Assembly: GCA_041641295.1 (NCBI GenBank)
Contig: JBEPYO010000001.1
Coordinates: 1-64,000, forward strand
Length of the DNA stretch: 64,000 bases
Reading direction: 5' to 3'
Source: Nitrososphaerota archaeon
Lineage (GTDB): Archaea > Thermoproteota > Nitrososphaeria_A > Caldarchaeales > Calditenuaceae
Shown: positions 9,902-20,926 of the stretch, piece after piece
Layout of the letters: the number at the start of each line of letters is the position of its first letter
Position numbering within the stretch: the stretch's first letter is position 1
The notes under the pieces: model-generated
Told to the model about the DNA's origin: nothing
Databases searched by the model: none
What the model saw: the letters and a program-made list of their open reading frames with translations, nothing else
Position numbers and translations under genes: made by a program

Positions 9902-11226
9902 GCCGCCTCACCGATTACGCGGAAGGCTTCAGCAAATGCCTCAACCGCCCGCTTCACAACCGCCTCATCATGTGAGGCTGAAACGAAGATTGTCTCGAAT
10001 GGTGAAGGTGGAAGTAGGACTCCTCTCCTAACCATCTCCCAGAAGAGCTGCGTGAAGCGCGCCCTGTCACTGCTTTGCACGTCGCTGTAATTCTCGACCC
10101 TCCGTCTGTCGGTGAAGAATAGGCTGAACATCGAGCCAACCCTGTTGGTGAGTATGTTGGCGTTAGAGTTCTTTGCCGCCTCGACTACCCCTCGCTCCAG
10201 CGTCGAGGATAGGTGCTCGAGCCTCTCATACAGTTGGGGTGTGAGGAGGTCGATGGTGGCTATGCCAGCTGACATAGAGATAGGATTCCCGGAGAATGTC
10301 CCAGCTTGGTAGACTCTCCCGGTAGGCGTCAGTAACTTCATAATCTCTGCCCTGCCGCCGACAGCCCCTATTGGGAAACCTCCACCAATGATTTTTCCTA
10401 GGCATGTGAGGTCTGGGCGAACACCGTAGAGTTCTTGGGCCCCGCCCCTAGCGACCCTGAACCCCGTTATTACCTCATCGAATATCAGCAGGGAGCCATA
10501 CCTCTCCGTTATCTCTCTAAGCGCCTCGAGGAAACCCTGCTTAGGCGGCACGACACCCATATTCCCGGCTATAGGCTCGACTATCACGCAGGCGATCTCA
10601 GGGCCTGCTTGTTTGAAGACGCTCTCCACCGCGTCGGCATCGTTGTAGGGAACTGTTATCGTGTCCCTTGTTATTTCTTCCGGTACACCGTCTGAGGCTG
10701 GCAGCGAATAGGTCGCCAGACCTGAGCCAGCCTTCGTCAGGAGGTAGTCGAGATGGCCGTGGTAGCATCCTTCAAACTTCAGTATCTTCCTCCTGCCGGT
10801 ATAGGCCCTTGCCAGGCGGATTGCCGTCATGGCTGCCTCTGTCCCTGAATTGACGAATCTAACAAGCTCTATCGAGGGGAAAGCCTCGATTATACGCTCG
10901 GCCAGCTCTATTTCGAGCTCGTTTGTAAGACCGAGAATTGTCCCCTTCTCTAACGTTGCCTGAACAGCCTGTAAAACCTCCCTCCTCGCGTGGCCTAGTA
11001 TGAGCGCGCCCCATCCACAGATGAAGTCCACGTATTCGTTTCCGTCGGCGTCGTAGATGAAGGGTCCTTCTCCTCTTTCTACAATCAGGGGCTCACCCCC
11101 GACAGACATGAAGGACCTCACAGGGCTGTTGACCCCTCCAACCAACACTCTTGTGGCTCTCGCATACTGCCTGCGCGACTCCTCCAATCTCAGGATAGGC
11201 TGTTTGACCGTCACGCTTTTAGCCAC
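9898..11226 (-). CDS. hemL: Glutamate-1-semialdehyde 2,1-aminomutase
   Basis: [34 protein letters not shown]. Confidence 0.97.
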   Translation of the reverse strand: MAKSVTVKQPILRLEESRRQYARATRVLVGGVNSPVRSFMSVGGEPLIVERGEGPFIYDADGNEYVDFICGWGALILGHARREVLQAVQATLEKGTILGLTNELEIELAERIIEAFPSIELVRFVNSGTEAAMTAIRLARAYTGRRKILKFEGCYHGHLDYLLTKAGSGLATYSLPASDGVPEEITRDTITVPYNDADAVESVFKQAGPEIACVIVEPIAGNMGVVPPKQGFLEALREITERYGSLLIFDEVITGFRVARGGAQELYGVRPDLTCLGKIIGGGFPIGAVGGRAEIMKLLTPTGRVYQAGTFSGNPISMSAGIATIDLLTPQLYERLEHLSSTLERGVVEAAKNSNANILTNRVGSMFSLFFTDRRRVENYSDVQSSDRARFTQLFWEMVRRGVLLPPSPFETIFVSASHDEAVVKRAVEAFAEAFRVIGEAA

Positions 11227-12203
11227 CCCGCAACCTGAGGTGCAAAATACGTGATTATGATGTCTGCTCCAGCCCTCTTAATAGAGGTCATAACCTCCAT
11301 GACCACACGCTTCTCGTCAATCCAGCCCTTTTCAGCAGCCGCCTTTATCATCGAATATTCTCCACTCACATTGTATGCTGCTATCGGGACGTTGAATTTT
11401 GAGCGAGCCCTAGCTATAATGTCCAAGTAGGCTAGGGCAGGTTTGACCATGACAATGTCCGCACCCTCCCTCAAGTCTAACTCTATCTCCCGGAAGGCCT
11501 CCCTAATGTTCGAGGGGTCCATCTGGTAGCTACTTCTGTCGCCGAAGGATGGGGAGGAGTATGCAGCCTCCCTGAAGGGGCCATACAGGGCCGAAGCAAA
11601 CTTAGCACTATAACTCATTATGGCGACATCCGTGAACCCGGCCTTATCGAGGCCCTCCCTGATAGCAAGTACTTGGTGATCCATCATAGCGCTGGGCGCC
11701 ACCACGTCGGCGCCAGCCTCTGCATGCGAGATGGCTATCCTCGCTAAAATCTCGACGCTCTCGTCATTGTCGATGCGTCCCTCCCTAACTACACCGCAAT
11801 GCCCGTGGGATGTATACTGACATAGACAGACATCAGTCATCACGAGCAGGCCGCCTACATTCTCTTTAACTGCCTTCGCAGCCTTCTGGACTATCCCGTC
11901 CGGTCTGTAGGCATAAGAGCCCAGCTCATCCTTAACTTGTGGGATGCCGAAGAGGAGTATTCCAGGTATTCCCAACTCCTTCACCATTGAAGCCTCCACA
12001 ACTAACTCGTCTAGTGAAAGACGGTAGACCCTCGGCATGGAGGGTATCTCCTCCCTCCCAACCAGTCCCTCCTTGACGAATATGGGGTAGATCAGGTCGT
12101 TGACCGAGAGTTCCGTCTCCCTGACCAGTCCACGTATCTGGGCGGTTCTTCTCAGTCTCCTCGGCCTCACTAGACCTCTTGTTCCGGCGATTGTTTTTAG
12201 CAT
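11211..12203 (-). CDS. hemB: Porphobilinogen synthase (Zn type)
   Basis: [31 protein letters not shown]. Confidence 0.97.
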   Translation of the reverse strand: MLKTIAGTRGLVRPRRLRRTAQIRGLVRETELSVNDLIYPIFVKEGLVGREEIPSMPRVYRLSLDELVVEASMVKELGIPGILLFGIPQVKDELGSYAYRPDGIVQKAAKAVKENVGGLLVMTDVCLCQYTSHGHCGVVREGRIDNDESVEILARIAISHAEAGADVVAPSAMMDHQVLAIREGLDKAGFTDVAIMSYSAKFASALYGPFREAAYSSPSFGDRSSYQMDPSNIREAFREIELDLREGADIVMVKPALAYLDIIARARSKFNVPIAAYNVSGEYSMIKAAAEKGWIDEKRVVMEVMTSIKRAGADIIITYFAPQVAGWLKA

Positions 12204-12946
12204 GGGTGCAACACCTTAACCAGGGTCTCCACAACCCCCCAGACAGTGTGTGTCTCTGCGACTATGTCAGCCCTCAAACCGAGGGCCTCCGCAGCCCCAG
12301 CAGTTACAGGTCCAATACAACACACAGTAACATCGTCTCTAAGAGTCTCACCGTGTGAGTCCAAAGCCCTCTTCAACGCCGCCGCCGTTGAGGGGCTCGT
12401 CAATATCACCACGTCAAACCGCGGGAGTGGTGTTGAGCAGTCTACGGTGCTGACCTTGTATGCGGCCACCTGCTCGACAACAGCACCCCGCGCCGCTAGC
12501 ATCCTTACCATCGAATCGTCCACACCCTCACTCCGGACAAGCAATACCCTCTTGCCGGAAACGTCGGGTAGCTGTTCCGCTAGAACCATTGTCAGGTATT
12601 TGGGGGGAATGAAGGAGACTTTTAGGCCGTTCTTCTCAGCCTCCTCCGCCGTAGCTGGGCCGACTGCCGCAACCCTACCCTTCACTCGACTGAGGTCCAC
12701 TCCTCTATAATTGCTCCTCTCTACGAATGCTCTCACACCCGCCTTGCTTGTGAAGACTATCCAGTCATAGCTGTCCAGCCTGCCTAGAGCGTTATCCAGG
12801 GCAGACCAGTCGGTCGGAGGCTCCCTCCGTATAAGTTCGAGGGGGACAGGCTCTCCTCCCAGCTCGTATATTATTCTGCTCAGCTCGTCAGCTTCGTCGC
12901 TTGGCCTTAAGAAGAGGACTCTTCTACCCTTAAGCGGTTTTGTCAA
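12197..12946 (-). CDS. hemD: Uroporphyrinogen-III synthase
   Basis: [25 protein letters not shown]. Confidence 0.93.
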   Translation of the reverse strand: MTKPLKGRRVLFLRPSDEADELSRIIYELGGEPVPLELIRREPPTDWSALDNALGRLDSYDWIVFTSKAGVRAFVERSNYRGVDLSRVKGRVAAVGPATAEEAEKNGLKVSFIPPKYLTMVLAEQLPDVSGKRVLLVRSEGVDDSMVRMLAARGAVVEQVAAYKVSTVDCSTPLPRFDVVILTSPSTAAALKRALDSHGETLRDDVTVCCIGPVTAGAAEALGLRADIVAETHTVWGVVETLVKVLHPC

Positions 12947-13863
12947 TGCTCACCACCCTTTGACGCCACTTGGGCCTTCACCGTCATGAGGCGGTCGGCA
13001 AGCCTGTAGCCAATCGCCTCGGCCTCTGAAACCTCACCATACTCAACAAGCCTAATGATTCCCCGAGAATCAGTTGAAGAAACCATACCCTCCAATAACA
13101 GCTTTCCATCCTCTACACGCGCATAAGCCGCCACAGGAATGTCGCACCCACCCCCAATCCCGGCCATGAAGGCCCTCTCCGCCTCAACGCAGACCCTCGT
13201 CTCGCGGTGATCTATCAGCCTCAATACCTCGATGATATCCTCATCATCCTCCCTGGCTTCCACAGCGAGGGCACCCTGGCCAGGGGCAGGTAACACCGAT
13301 TGAACCGGTAAGACCTCCGTTACCAAGTCGGCTAGACCGAGCCGCTTTAACCCAGCAAACGCAAGCACGATGGCGTCTAGATTAAGTTCCGAAAGTTTCC
13401 TTATCCGAGTGTCAACATTTCCTCTAATCTCCACGATATGCAGGTCAGGTCTTAGCGATAGGAGCTGAACCCTCCGCCTAATGCTACTGGTTCCGACCCT
13501 TGCACCCTCGGGTAGCTCTGATAATCCTTTCCCATGCCTCGAAATTAAAGCGTCTCGGGGATCCTCTCTAGGGGGAACGGCGGCGATTACCAGCCCTTTT
13601 GGCAGCCTAGCCGGCATATCCTTCATACTATGTACCGCGAAGTCAATCTCACCCTCTAAGAGTCGCACTTCTATAGCTTTGACGAAGGCATCCTTCCCCC
13701 TAACAGGCCGATTCCCCTTAAAGTCCTCATCACCTTCAGTAGCCATGGGTACGATCTCAAACCTCAGGTCAGGCCGAATAGATCGTAGAGCCTCCACTAC
13801 AGATTGGGTTTGGCTGATTGCGAGTCTACTCCTCCTACACCCTACCCTAATTACTCGGCTCAC
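12943..13863 (-). CDS. hemC: Hydroxymethylbilane synthase
   Basis: RRSRLA, HSMKD, GTSSIRR, RGNVDTR, GGGC; start taken at GTG 13863. Confidence 0.96.
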   Translation of the reverse strand: MSRVIRVGCRRSRLAISQTQSVVEALRSIRPDLRFEIVPMATEGDEDFKGNRPVRGKDAFVKAIEVRLLEGEIDFAVHSMKDMPARLPKGLVIAAVPPREDPRDALISRHGKGLSELPEGARVGTSSIRRRVQLLSLRPDLHIVEIRGNVDTRIRKLSELNLDAIVLAFAGLKRLGLADLVTEVLPVQSVLPAPGQGALAVEAREDDEDIIEVLRLIDHRETRVCVEAERAFMAGIGGGCDIPVAAYARVEDGKLLLEGMVSSTDSRGIIRLVEYGEVSEAEAIGYRLADRLMTVKAQVASKGGEH

Positions 13864-15094
13864 CAATCCCGAACAACTCCCTAGCAAGCTTCACGTAAAG
13901 CTCCCCGTGCTCTGACGCTGCAAGCCTCCTGAGCCGAACAGTGGGTTCATGCAACAGCTTGTTGACTATGCTCTTTGACAGTGCCTCCAACACGCGAATG
14001 TCACTCTCTTGAGAGCCGGCTAGGAGTCTGAGAGCCTTCGAAAGCTCCCTCTGCCTCAACATCTCAGCCCTAGCCCTTAGCGATTTTATTATGTCAGCCG
14101 CGCTAATAGCGCGCAGCCACGCAAAAAGCCTCTCAGCCTCCTCCTCCAACATCTCATCAACATCTACATTACCGTTAGAGAGCCTGGGTGCAGAAGTAAT
14201 CGATTTCAAGTCATCTATGTTGTAGAGCTCGGCAGAATAATTTGTTGAAAGGCGCGGGTCTATATTTCGCGGAACAGAGAGGTCTATCATCACGAGCCTT
14301 TTCCCATCAGAAACACCGTCTAACACCCCTTCATCTATCACATACCCCTTTGATGATGTGGCTACTATCACACCATCAACCCTGCCTAAGATTTCACGAA
14401 TGGACTCCAACCCCTCGACAGACTTCACAAGCCTCTTGACGTGCTGGGGGACCATTGAGGGGGTCCTCGTCGCGACGAATACCTCTTCAAACCCGGACCG
14501 GGCAAGCCCCTCTATCACGGCCCTCCCAATCTTCCCCGCACCTACAACCAATACTGGGCGCGTAGCGTCAAGCTTAGCCTTCAAGAACTGGACGGCGAGT
14601 GTGCCAATGTTTATCGAGTCATCTATCCCGACTGCCATCCTAATGCGCCTCGCCGCGTTATAGGACCTGATAAAGAGTTCCTTCGAAATCTGACTGTACC
14701 TTCCTATGCCATGAAATTTAGCGTCTCTCACCTGTTGTAATATCTGTGGCTCGCCGGGCGCGAGTGAGTCGAGCCCACAAGCCACCTTTATCAGATGTTT
14801 TATCGCCTCCCTCCCCTCCATCTTGTAAAACTGGCCGTTGGATACGCCAACTTCTGTGAAAAGTGCCTCGATTCTACGCCGTAACGCGGCCATCTTATCA
14901 GAAACCAAATACACCTCAAACCTATTACACGTGGATAGGATGGAAAGGCTGAAGTCGTCGCAGACCATGCCTAAAGCTTGAACAACCTTATCAGGCGTAA
15001 GGTTGCTGACAAGCCTTTCCAAGACGTCTAGCGAGCAAGTCCTAAAATTTGACCCTACGAGCAATATCTCCGGCTTAACCCCCTCCAAATCCAT
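13847..15094 (-). CDS. hemA: Glutamyl-tRNA reductase
   Basis: STCNRFE, GEPQILQQ, GAGKIG, DLSVPRNID, NKLLHEP. Confidence 0.93.
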   Translation of the reverse strand: MDLEGVKPEILLVGSNFRTCSLDVLERLVSNLTPDKVVQALGMVCDDFSLSILSTCNRFEVYLVSDKMAALRRRIEALFTEVGVSNGQFYKMEGREAIKHLIKVACGLDSLAPGEPQILQQVRDAKFHGIGRYSQISKELFIRSYNAARRIRMAVGIDDSINIGTLAVQFLKAKLDATRPVLVVGAGKIGRAVIEGLARSGFEEVFVATRTPSMVPQHVKRLVKSVEGLESIREILGRVDGVIVATSSKGYVIDEGVLDGVSDGKRLVMIDLSVPRNIDPRLSTNYSAELYNIDDLKSITSAPRLSNGNVDVDEMLEEEAERLFAWLRAISAADIIKSLRARAEMLRQRELSKALRLLAGSQESDIRVLEALSKSIVNKLLHEPTVRLRRLAASEHGELYVKLARELFGIGEPSN

Positions 15095-15600
15095 GCTGCA
15101 TAGGCACTCCAACAGATTCTATATTACTTTTCACTTTCAACAAAAAAACCAGCTATAATTGTGGAATCCACAAACCAACCCACCATCACCCACACCAATA
15201 TATAAAATGAGAATTAAAGAACCGGAGGAAAAGAAAAACTATTGGGTTTCACCCATTATATCCCTAAGTACTCTCCCCTTCTAAAAACGCGTTAGAAGTA
15301 AGTGCTGATACTCAGGACAAGCGTTCTTCAGTCTATAAGAGAAAGCCCAACGAAACGGTCTACAGCTTCCATAGCTGGAGGATTCTCGAGGTAGTCGGAC
15401 TGAGCCGTGAGGATAAGGGTAAGGCAGAGTCCAGATACGTCATGTAGCCATGTTTACCCATTTCTGCCAACCCCATCGCTGTGGGGTACGAGCGGCCGTA
15501 GCCTGAGGGAAGGCTATTATAACCTTTTAAAGCATTTTCGCAACATCCTCATCTATTGGTAGTTTCAGAATTTTTTTAAACCTCAAGGCAGGAACTATTA

Positions 15601-18600
15601 ATGAATTTGATTATTGATGAAAGATTTCTGAAGGAAAAAGGATATGATGTTTATAATGGAAACGAACTAATAATAAAAGGCGCACTGGAAGCCGGCATAC
15701 AAATAGCATCTGGCTATCCGGGTTCTCCGGTTGCTGAATTTTTCACATTCAGTGAGAAATACGCTGATTGGCTTATAGAAAATGGATTTTATTGGGAAGC
15801 TGCAAAAAACGAAGCCGAAGGGGCAGGTAGGCTTAACGGCGCAAGAATCATCAACAGGGATGCGATGGTTGTAATGAAGAGTGTTGGGTTAAATGTTGCT
15901 ATGGATCCTTTGGAAATTTCTAATTATCAAGCGGCTGCAACTATTGGATGGGGTGGAGTAGTTGTAGTTGGGGATGATCCACATGCTTCTAGCACACAGG
16001 TTGCTTCGAGCTCAAGATTTCTGCTAAAGAAGCTTAGGATACCAATTTTAGAGCCAAGCACCCCACAAGAAGTGAAAGATTACGTTGGAGAAGCATTGGA
16101 ATTATCACGGTCATCGCAGTTAATAGCCGGATGCATCATCCAATCATGGCAAGCTGATGGAATAGGGTCGGTCGAACTCTATAAAAACAAATACCCGCCT
16201 CGAGGTAAAGAAAGGATTGATATAAGCAAAATAAACGTAGAAAAGGAAGTAAGCCTCCCCCCAGTGACGGCAGAATTAGAAAGAGATATTGTCTTGAGGC
16301 GTCTTCAAGCTACAATACGTCATGCAAGAGCGAGGACTTTGAATAAAATACTTTATTCGAATGGTGGGAAAAGTAAAATTGGATTCGTCACCTCTGGATT
16401 GGCCTATTGCTATCTAGAACAAGCGTTGCATGAGCTTGGGGTGAGTTGGAGATTCCCTATTCTTAAATTGGGGCTAGTATACCCGCTTGATGAAATTCTG
16501 GTTAAAGATTTTGCGAGACAGGTTGAAAACATTTACGTGGTGGAGGAGAAAGAGCCTTTCATAGAGTCTGAGATCTCTTTGATTCTGAAGAATGCATATC
16601 AAAACAGAGAAATCGGATATGTTAATGTCTGGGGGAAAAGATTCCCTAACGATAGGGAGGGCTTCCCTGAGCATGGTGGCCTGAGTCCTACTGATGTGAT
16701 CAGGACAATAGGCGAAGAACTACTCATAGTGTTAGATAATCTGTCACATGAGGAGAGAAGGAGGATAAAAGAGGTGCTCAATCTTGTCGACGGCGCGAGC
16801 AAATACGTATTACAGGCGCCGAGGAGGATTCCTAGCTATTGTGCCGGCTGCCCGCATAGGGGAACTAATAGCGTTCTTAAATATCTGAGGAAGTATCCTG
16901 ATAACGATTTCCTCACAATACCAGACATTGGATGCTACTCGATGTCGGCTTTTACTCCTTGGAGGGAGGCCCACGCCTTCAACGCGATGGGTCGCGCAGG
17001 GGCTTCTGCATATTCGATGGGGCTGGTCGAGAATAAGAAAGTGCTTCTCATGGGTGATGGAACCTTCCTGCATGGCGGATACGTATCTGTCCAGGAAGCA
17101 ATAGACAAGAATCTAGACGCCATCATTGTAATATTATATAACCACTATGTTGCTATGACAGGTCATCAAAAAGTCCAGATCAGAGATGCAAAAGAGTTGG
17201 AGGAAAAAATCAAAGCCATGAGCAGAGGCAAGGATGTTTACATCAGGATAATAGATCCAAATGATAGGCGAGGCTACATCGAGGAGTTGAAAAAGCTTAT
17301 GAGTAAGAGAGGCACAGCCGTATTGATTTCTGATAAAGAATGCGGCATAACAAGGGAGAGGAGAAGGAGGGCTGAGAGGGCTGGAAGACCCAAGACGGAA
17401 TTCATAAACATAACTAACGAAGTCTGTGAGAACTGTAGGGAGTGCACCATTAACACGGGCTGCCCAGGGCTAACCCTTGTCAATACACCTTACGGCGAGA
17501 AAGTCGCGATAGACATGTCCGTATGTACCGAAGACGAGTATTGTGCGAAAATAGAGGCTTGCCCCTCATTCGAGAAGGTTAGAGTAGTCTATGCAGGAGG
17601 GAAACCGCAAGAGAGATTGCGTGATGCAGATCTGGATGACGTGCCGGAACCTGATGAAAAGGTGGAGTTTAACGATACTTACTCCATATACACCGGGGCT
17701 ATTGGTGGTATGGGTGGAGGGCTGCTCTCTGTCATTTTAGCCCGTGCAGGTGCGAAGAGCGGCTATAATATTGGTGGGTGGATAGGCCACGATAAGAAGG
17801 GTCTGGCTCAAAGAAATGGCGGGGTGTATAGTCATATAATGTTTACCAAAAACAATAATAGATTATCCCCTGTTATTGTATCTGGCAAGGCAGATCTGAT
17901 AATCGGGCTTGATAAGCTGGAAGGCTTAAGGGGGTTGAAGTATGCAAATGCTAATACGAGATTTGTTTCGAATCAAACAGAACTACCAACCATCCCTATG
18001 CTTGTTGGAGGTGAGGAGTATCCACACGATATAGACGATAAAATTAGAAGCAGGCTTGGTTTAGATAAATATTTTGGCCTACCAATTTCAGAGCTTGCTG
18101 AGTTCTACCTCGGAAGTAAACTATTCTCAAATATAGTCATGCTGGGTGTCTGCTACCAGCTAGGCTTATTACCACTGGACTCTAAAGATATTGAGGCCGC
18201 AATAATAGAGTCTGTTAAGTTTGAGAAAGAAAAGAATTTGAGAGCATTTAGGTTCGGGAGGAAGCTTGTCCATGACAAGAATTTCTTGGAGAGGTTGATG
18301 AATAACCCTGATTTCTTGAGAATATACCATGAAGACATCTGGTTTTCAAGAAAGTCGTTAGAAGAGGTGCTGTCTGAGAAAAAGTCGTATCTAAAGGATT
18401 ACTATTTGATAAAGTCGAGAGGTGTGAAAATTGCAGACATGTATGAGAAGCTAGTAAGAGATTTTATGATCGATAAAAAGTTGGATGAGGATACCCTGAA
18501 ACATCTTGCAATACGGGTTTACGACTTGATCAGGTGGGGCGGTATAGACTATGCTAAGAAATACATTGATCTGGTCTCCAAGGTTTATTATAAAGACAGG

Positions 18601-19242
18601 GAGGAAAAAGGATTTGCGGCTACCATAGCAGTCATAGAAAATTTGTACAAAGTAATGGCTATAAAGGATGAGTTGTGGGTTTCCGAGCTACTACTAAGTA
18701 GAGAGAAGCTTGAAAGAGACAGGATTAGATATAACGTGAACGTGGAGAGAGGTGATAGAATTGAATACATCCATTTGACAGAGCCTCAGATAGTTATCAG
18801 AGTGGGAAGACGTTTGGGGAAGATTATAAGTTTCTTGAAAAGACATTCGCCTAATTTGGCGAACAGAAAGGTTGAATTGGATGTCGAAAATGGCGTGCTC
18901 AAAATCAAATTTGTTATGAATACTAGAAACTGGCAGTTAAGAATTGTTAGAAGGATGAAGTTTCTCCGGAAATATTTGTTTAGACATAGAAAGGAAGAAG
19001 AATTCAGGGACTGGTACATTGAAAGAGTCATAAACTACTTCCTCGAAAACTCTGAACAGAATTATGGGCTCGCAGTAGAGTTTCTAAAGATGCCCCTTGG
19101 TTTAAATGTTCCGGGACGTGCTAAGGGAGTCACCGGCTTCAGGGAGGTCATATATCCTAAAATGGATCTGGCGAGAAGGACTTTTGAGAACCTGACTTCT
19201 TCCCACCTTATTTCCGAATTGGAGTCTTTAGGCAAGAAGTAA
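15601..19242 (+). CDS. Indolepyruvate:ferredoxin oxidoreductase family, fused alpha-beta polypeptide
   Basis: GYPGSP, MKSVGLNVA, CAGCPHR, GDG TPP motif, CENCREC/CP ferredoxin, GLAQRNG, AIKDE tail domain. Confidence 0.9.
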   Translation: MNLIIDERFLKEKGYDVYNGNELIIKGALEAGIQIASGYPGSPVAEFFTFSEKYADWLIENGFYWEAAKNEAEGAGRLNGARIINRDAMVVMKSVGLNVAMDPLEISNYQAAATIGWGGVVVVGDDPHASSTQVASSSRFLLKKLRIPILEPSTPQEVKDYVGEALELSRSSQLIAGCIIQSWQADGIGSVELYKNKYPPRGKERIDISKINVEKEVSLPPVTAELERDIVLRRLQATIRHARARTLNKILYSNGGKSKIGFVTSGLAYCYLEQALHELGVSWRFPILKLGLVYPLDEILVKDFARQVENIYVVEEKEPFIESEISLILKNAYQNREIGYVNVWGKRFPNDREGFPEHGGLSPTDVIRTIGEELLIVLDNLSHEERRRIKEVLNLVDGASKYVLQAPRRIPSYCAGCPHRGTNSVLKYLRKYPDNDFLTIPDIGCYSMSAFTPWREAHAFNAMGRAGASAYSMGLVENKKVLLMGDGTFLHGGYVSVQEAIDKNLDAIIVILYNHYVAMTGHQKVQIRDAKELEEKIKAMSRGKDVYIRIIDPNDRRGYIEELKKLMSKRGTAVLISDKECGITRERRRRAERAGRPKTEFINITNEVCENCRECTINTGCPGLTLVNTPYGEKVAIDMSVCTEDEYCAKIEACPSFEKVRVVYAGGKPQERLRDADLDDVPEPDEKVEFNDTYSIYTGAIGGMGGGLLSVILARAGAKSGYNIGGWIGHDKKGLAQRNGGVYSHIMFTKNNNRLSPVIVSGKADLIIGLDKLEGLRGLKYANANTRFVSNQTELPTIPMLVGGEEYPHDIDDKIRSRLGLDKYFGLPISELAEFYLGSKLFSNIVMLGVCYQLGLLPLDSKDIEAAIIESVKFEKEKNLRAFRFGRKLVHDKNFLERLMNNPDFLRIYHEDIWFSRKSLEEVLSEKKSYLKDYYLIKSRGVKIADMYEKLVRDFMIDKKLDEDTLKHLAIRVYDLIRWGGIDYAKKYIDLVSKVYYKDREEKGFAATIAVIENLYKVMAIKDELWVSELLLSREKLERDRIRYNVNVERGDRIEYIHLTEPQIVIRVGRRLGKIISFLKRHSPNLANRKVELDVENGVLKIKFVMNTRNWQLRIVRRMKFLRKYLFRHRKEEEFRDWYIERVINYFLENSEQNYGLAVEFLKMPLGLNVPGRAKGVTGFREVIYPKMDLARRTFENLTSSHLISELESLGKK

Positions 19243-19283
19243 TAAAGTATTCCTCCTCCAGCTAAGTGAGGGAAATGTGCTTA

Positions 19284-19361
19284 TGGCGGGCCCGCTGGGA
19301 CTCGAACCCAGGACTTCCGGCTCCGGAGGCCGGCGCCCTATCCATGCTAGGCCACGGGCCC
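19284..19361 (-). tRNA. tRNA-Arg(CCG), CCA encoded
   Basis: GGGCCCG/CGGGCCC acceptor stem, CCGGC-CTCCGGA-GCCGG anticodon arm, GTTCGAGTC T loop. Confidence 0.96.
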
Positions 19362-20114
19362 CTTACTCAAATCTTTCCTAATTTCCCTCATATAGTTAAG
19401 CATGATATCGGGGTGGTCTGTTGTGATGGTGTCGACGCCCATCTCGGCTAGTTTTGCAGCCTCTTCTACCTCGTTTATGGTCCATGCACCGATTGATAAT
19501 AGCCTTTTATGGGCATAGGTTACGACTTCCCGGCTCACGTGCCCGCGGTATAGGGCGAGGGCGTTGGCTCTACATGCTAACGCCCAGTGGATTGGTAGTC
19601 CTTTCTTAACGTCTTCTGCATCCCTTAGCCACCCCACTATTAGGCTTCTCCCTACCCTCGGCTCTAAGGAGTAGGTGTTCTTGATTACCTCCGTGTGGAA
19701 GCTTGTGATCAAAACCCAGTCTAGGGCTCCGCATTCTTTGATGACTTTTAGGACCGCCTCCTCTTCACCCGGCTCCTTCACCTCGACGTGTAGTACGACT
19801 CTTCCCACTGTCTCGGCTAACACCTCGTCCAGCCTGGGGACAGGCTCACCCCTGAACTCCTCACCCTTCCAGGAGCCTGCATCCAGCCTCCTTATCTCGG
19901 GCCAGGTCAAGTCCCTAACCCTTCCCCTACCGTTCGTCGTCCTTTCAACCCTCTCGTCATGCATCAAGACAACCACGCCATCACTGGTGGTCCGCGCATC
20001 CACCTCAATACCGTCAACTCCCAACCTCAATGCCTCCTTTACAGCCCTCAGAGTGTTCTCGGGGAACTTGCCAGAGAATCCTCTATGCGCCGTGATGAGG
20101 GGTTTATGGGGCAT
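19347..20114 (-). CDS. Glycerophosphodiester phosphodiesterase
   Basis: AHRG, PENT, IEVD, MHD, AWTIN, ITTDHP. Confidence 0.93.
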   Translation of the reverse strand: MPHKPLITAHRGFSGKFPENTLRAVKEALRLGVDGIEVDARTTSDGVVVLMHDERVERTTNGRGRVRDLTWPEIRRLDAGSWKGEEFRGEPVPRLDEVLAETVGRVVLHVEVKEPGEEEAVLKVIKECGALDWVLITSFHTEVIKNTYSLEPRVGRSLIVGWLRDAEDVKKGLPIHWALACRANALALYRGHVSREVVTYAHKRLLSIGAWTINEVEEAAKLAEMGVDTITTDHPDIMLNYMREIRKDLSKGPVA

Positions 20115-20185
20115 GTCTCAAGCCTCTGACACTTTTCTCAAGCTTTTAGGCTTTCCCGCCCCACAAGCTAGGTTGCTGCCTAGGT

Positions 20186-20920
20186 CTAATCGATGAGGAG
20201 GAGTTCTGGCCTTGAGTTTATTCTGGGTTGAAGGCGCATTTGTCCAATGCCTCTGGAGACGTAGAGCATGGCTCCGCTTGGGAGATGATAGGTTCCACGT
20301 GTATATTTTGAGTTGGAGTAGATTGTCATGCCGAATAAATTTAAGCCCCCGTGAGTGTGGCCTGCTAAGACTAGCGAGTCTGCCTCAACGCTGTCGGCCG
20401 CGTTGGGGTCGTGGGCGACTACAAGCCCTTCAAACTTTATGCGGGGATAGGACCTATTTTCACTCCAGTCATAGCCGTAGAGCCTGCCGACTGAGGTCTC
20501 TGTAAACTCGTTGAATAATGTTTTATAGCCGTGCTTCTTCAAAAGGTTGGCTACCCTACCTGCATGGTCGCTCCAGTACTCATGGTTGCCTAGGACAGCA
20601 ATGCTCTCCCGGCAGTAGATCTCCCTAAGTAGCCTCTCAAACCCCTCGAAATCGCTTGTCTCCTCGTCAACCATATCACCTCCCAAGACTATGATGTCGG
20701 GCTCAGCCCTTCTTATCGCATCCATCGCCGCCTCGACGTGTTTTTCCCCGCTAACGTGGAAGTGCAGGTCTGGGACAAAAGCGAGTCTTACCCCTAGCCC
20801 AACCTCTATGCGCGTAACCTCTAGCTCGTTGCTGAGCTGCGGGGTTGAGGAGGCGACTGCCCCGACCGCGACTCCGAGGATGGCTACGCCTATGAAACCT
20901 CTCCTGGATAGGCGGCGCAT
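20186..20920 (-). CDS. Tat-exported metallophosphoesterase (YkuE-like)
   Basis: SRRGFI signal; DLH, GGD, GNHE, AGHTHGG. Confidence 0.88.
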   Translation of the reverse strand: MRRLSRRGFIGVAILGVAVGAVASSTPQLSNELEVTRIEVGLGVRLAFVPDLHFHVSGEKHVEAAMDAIRRAEPDIIVLGGDMVDEETSDFEGFERLLREIYCRESIAVLGNHEYWSDHAGRVANLLKKHGYKTLFNEFTETSVGRLYGYDWSENRSYPRIKFEGLVVAHDPNAADSVEADSLVLAGHTHGGLNLFGMTIYSNSKYTRGTYHLPSGAMLYVSRGIGQMRLQPRINSRPELLLID

Positions 20921-20926
20921 GAGGGG

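Noticed and set aside
15113-15600. Possible att site or gene fragment left of the IOR gene
   Set aside because: No copy of the tRNA-Arg 3' end; the short open frame has no start codon or recognisable motif
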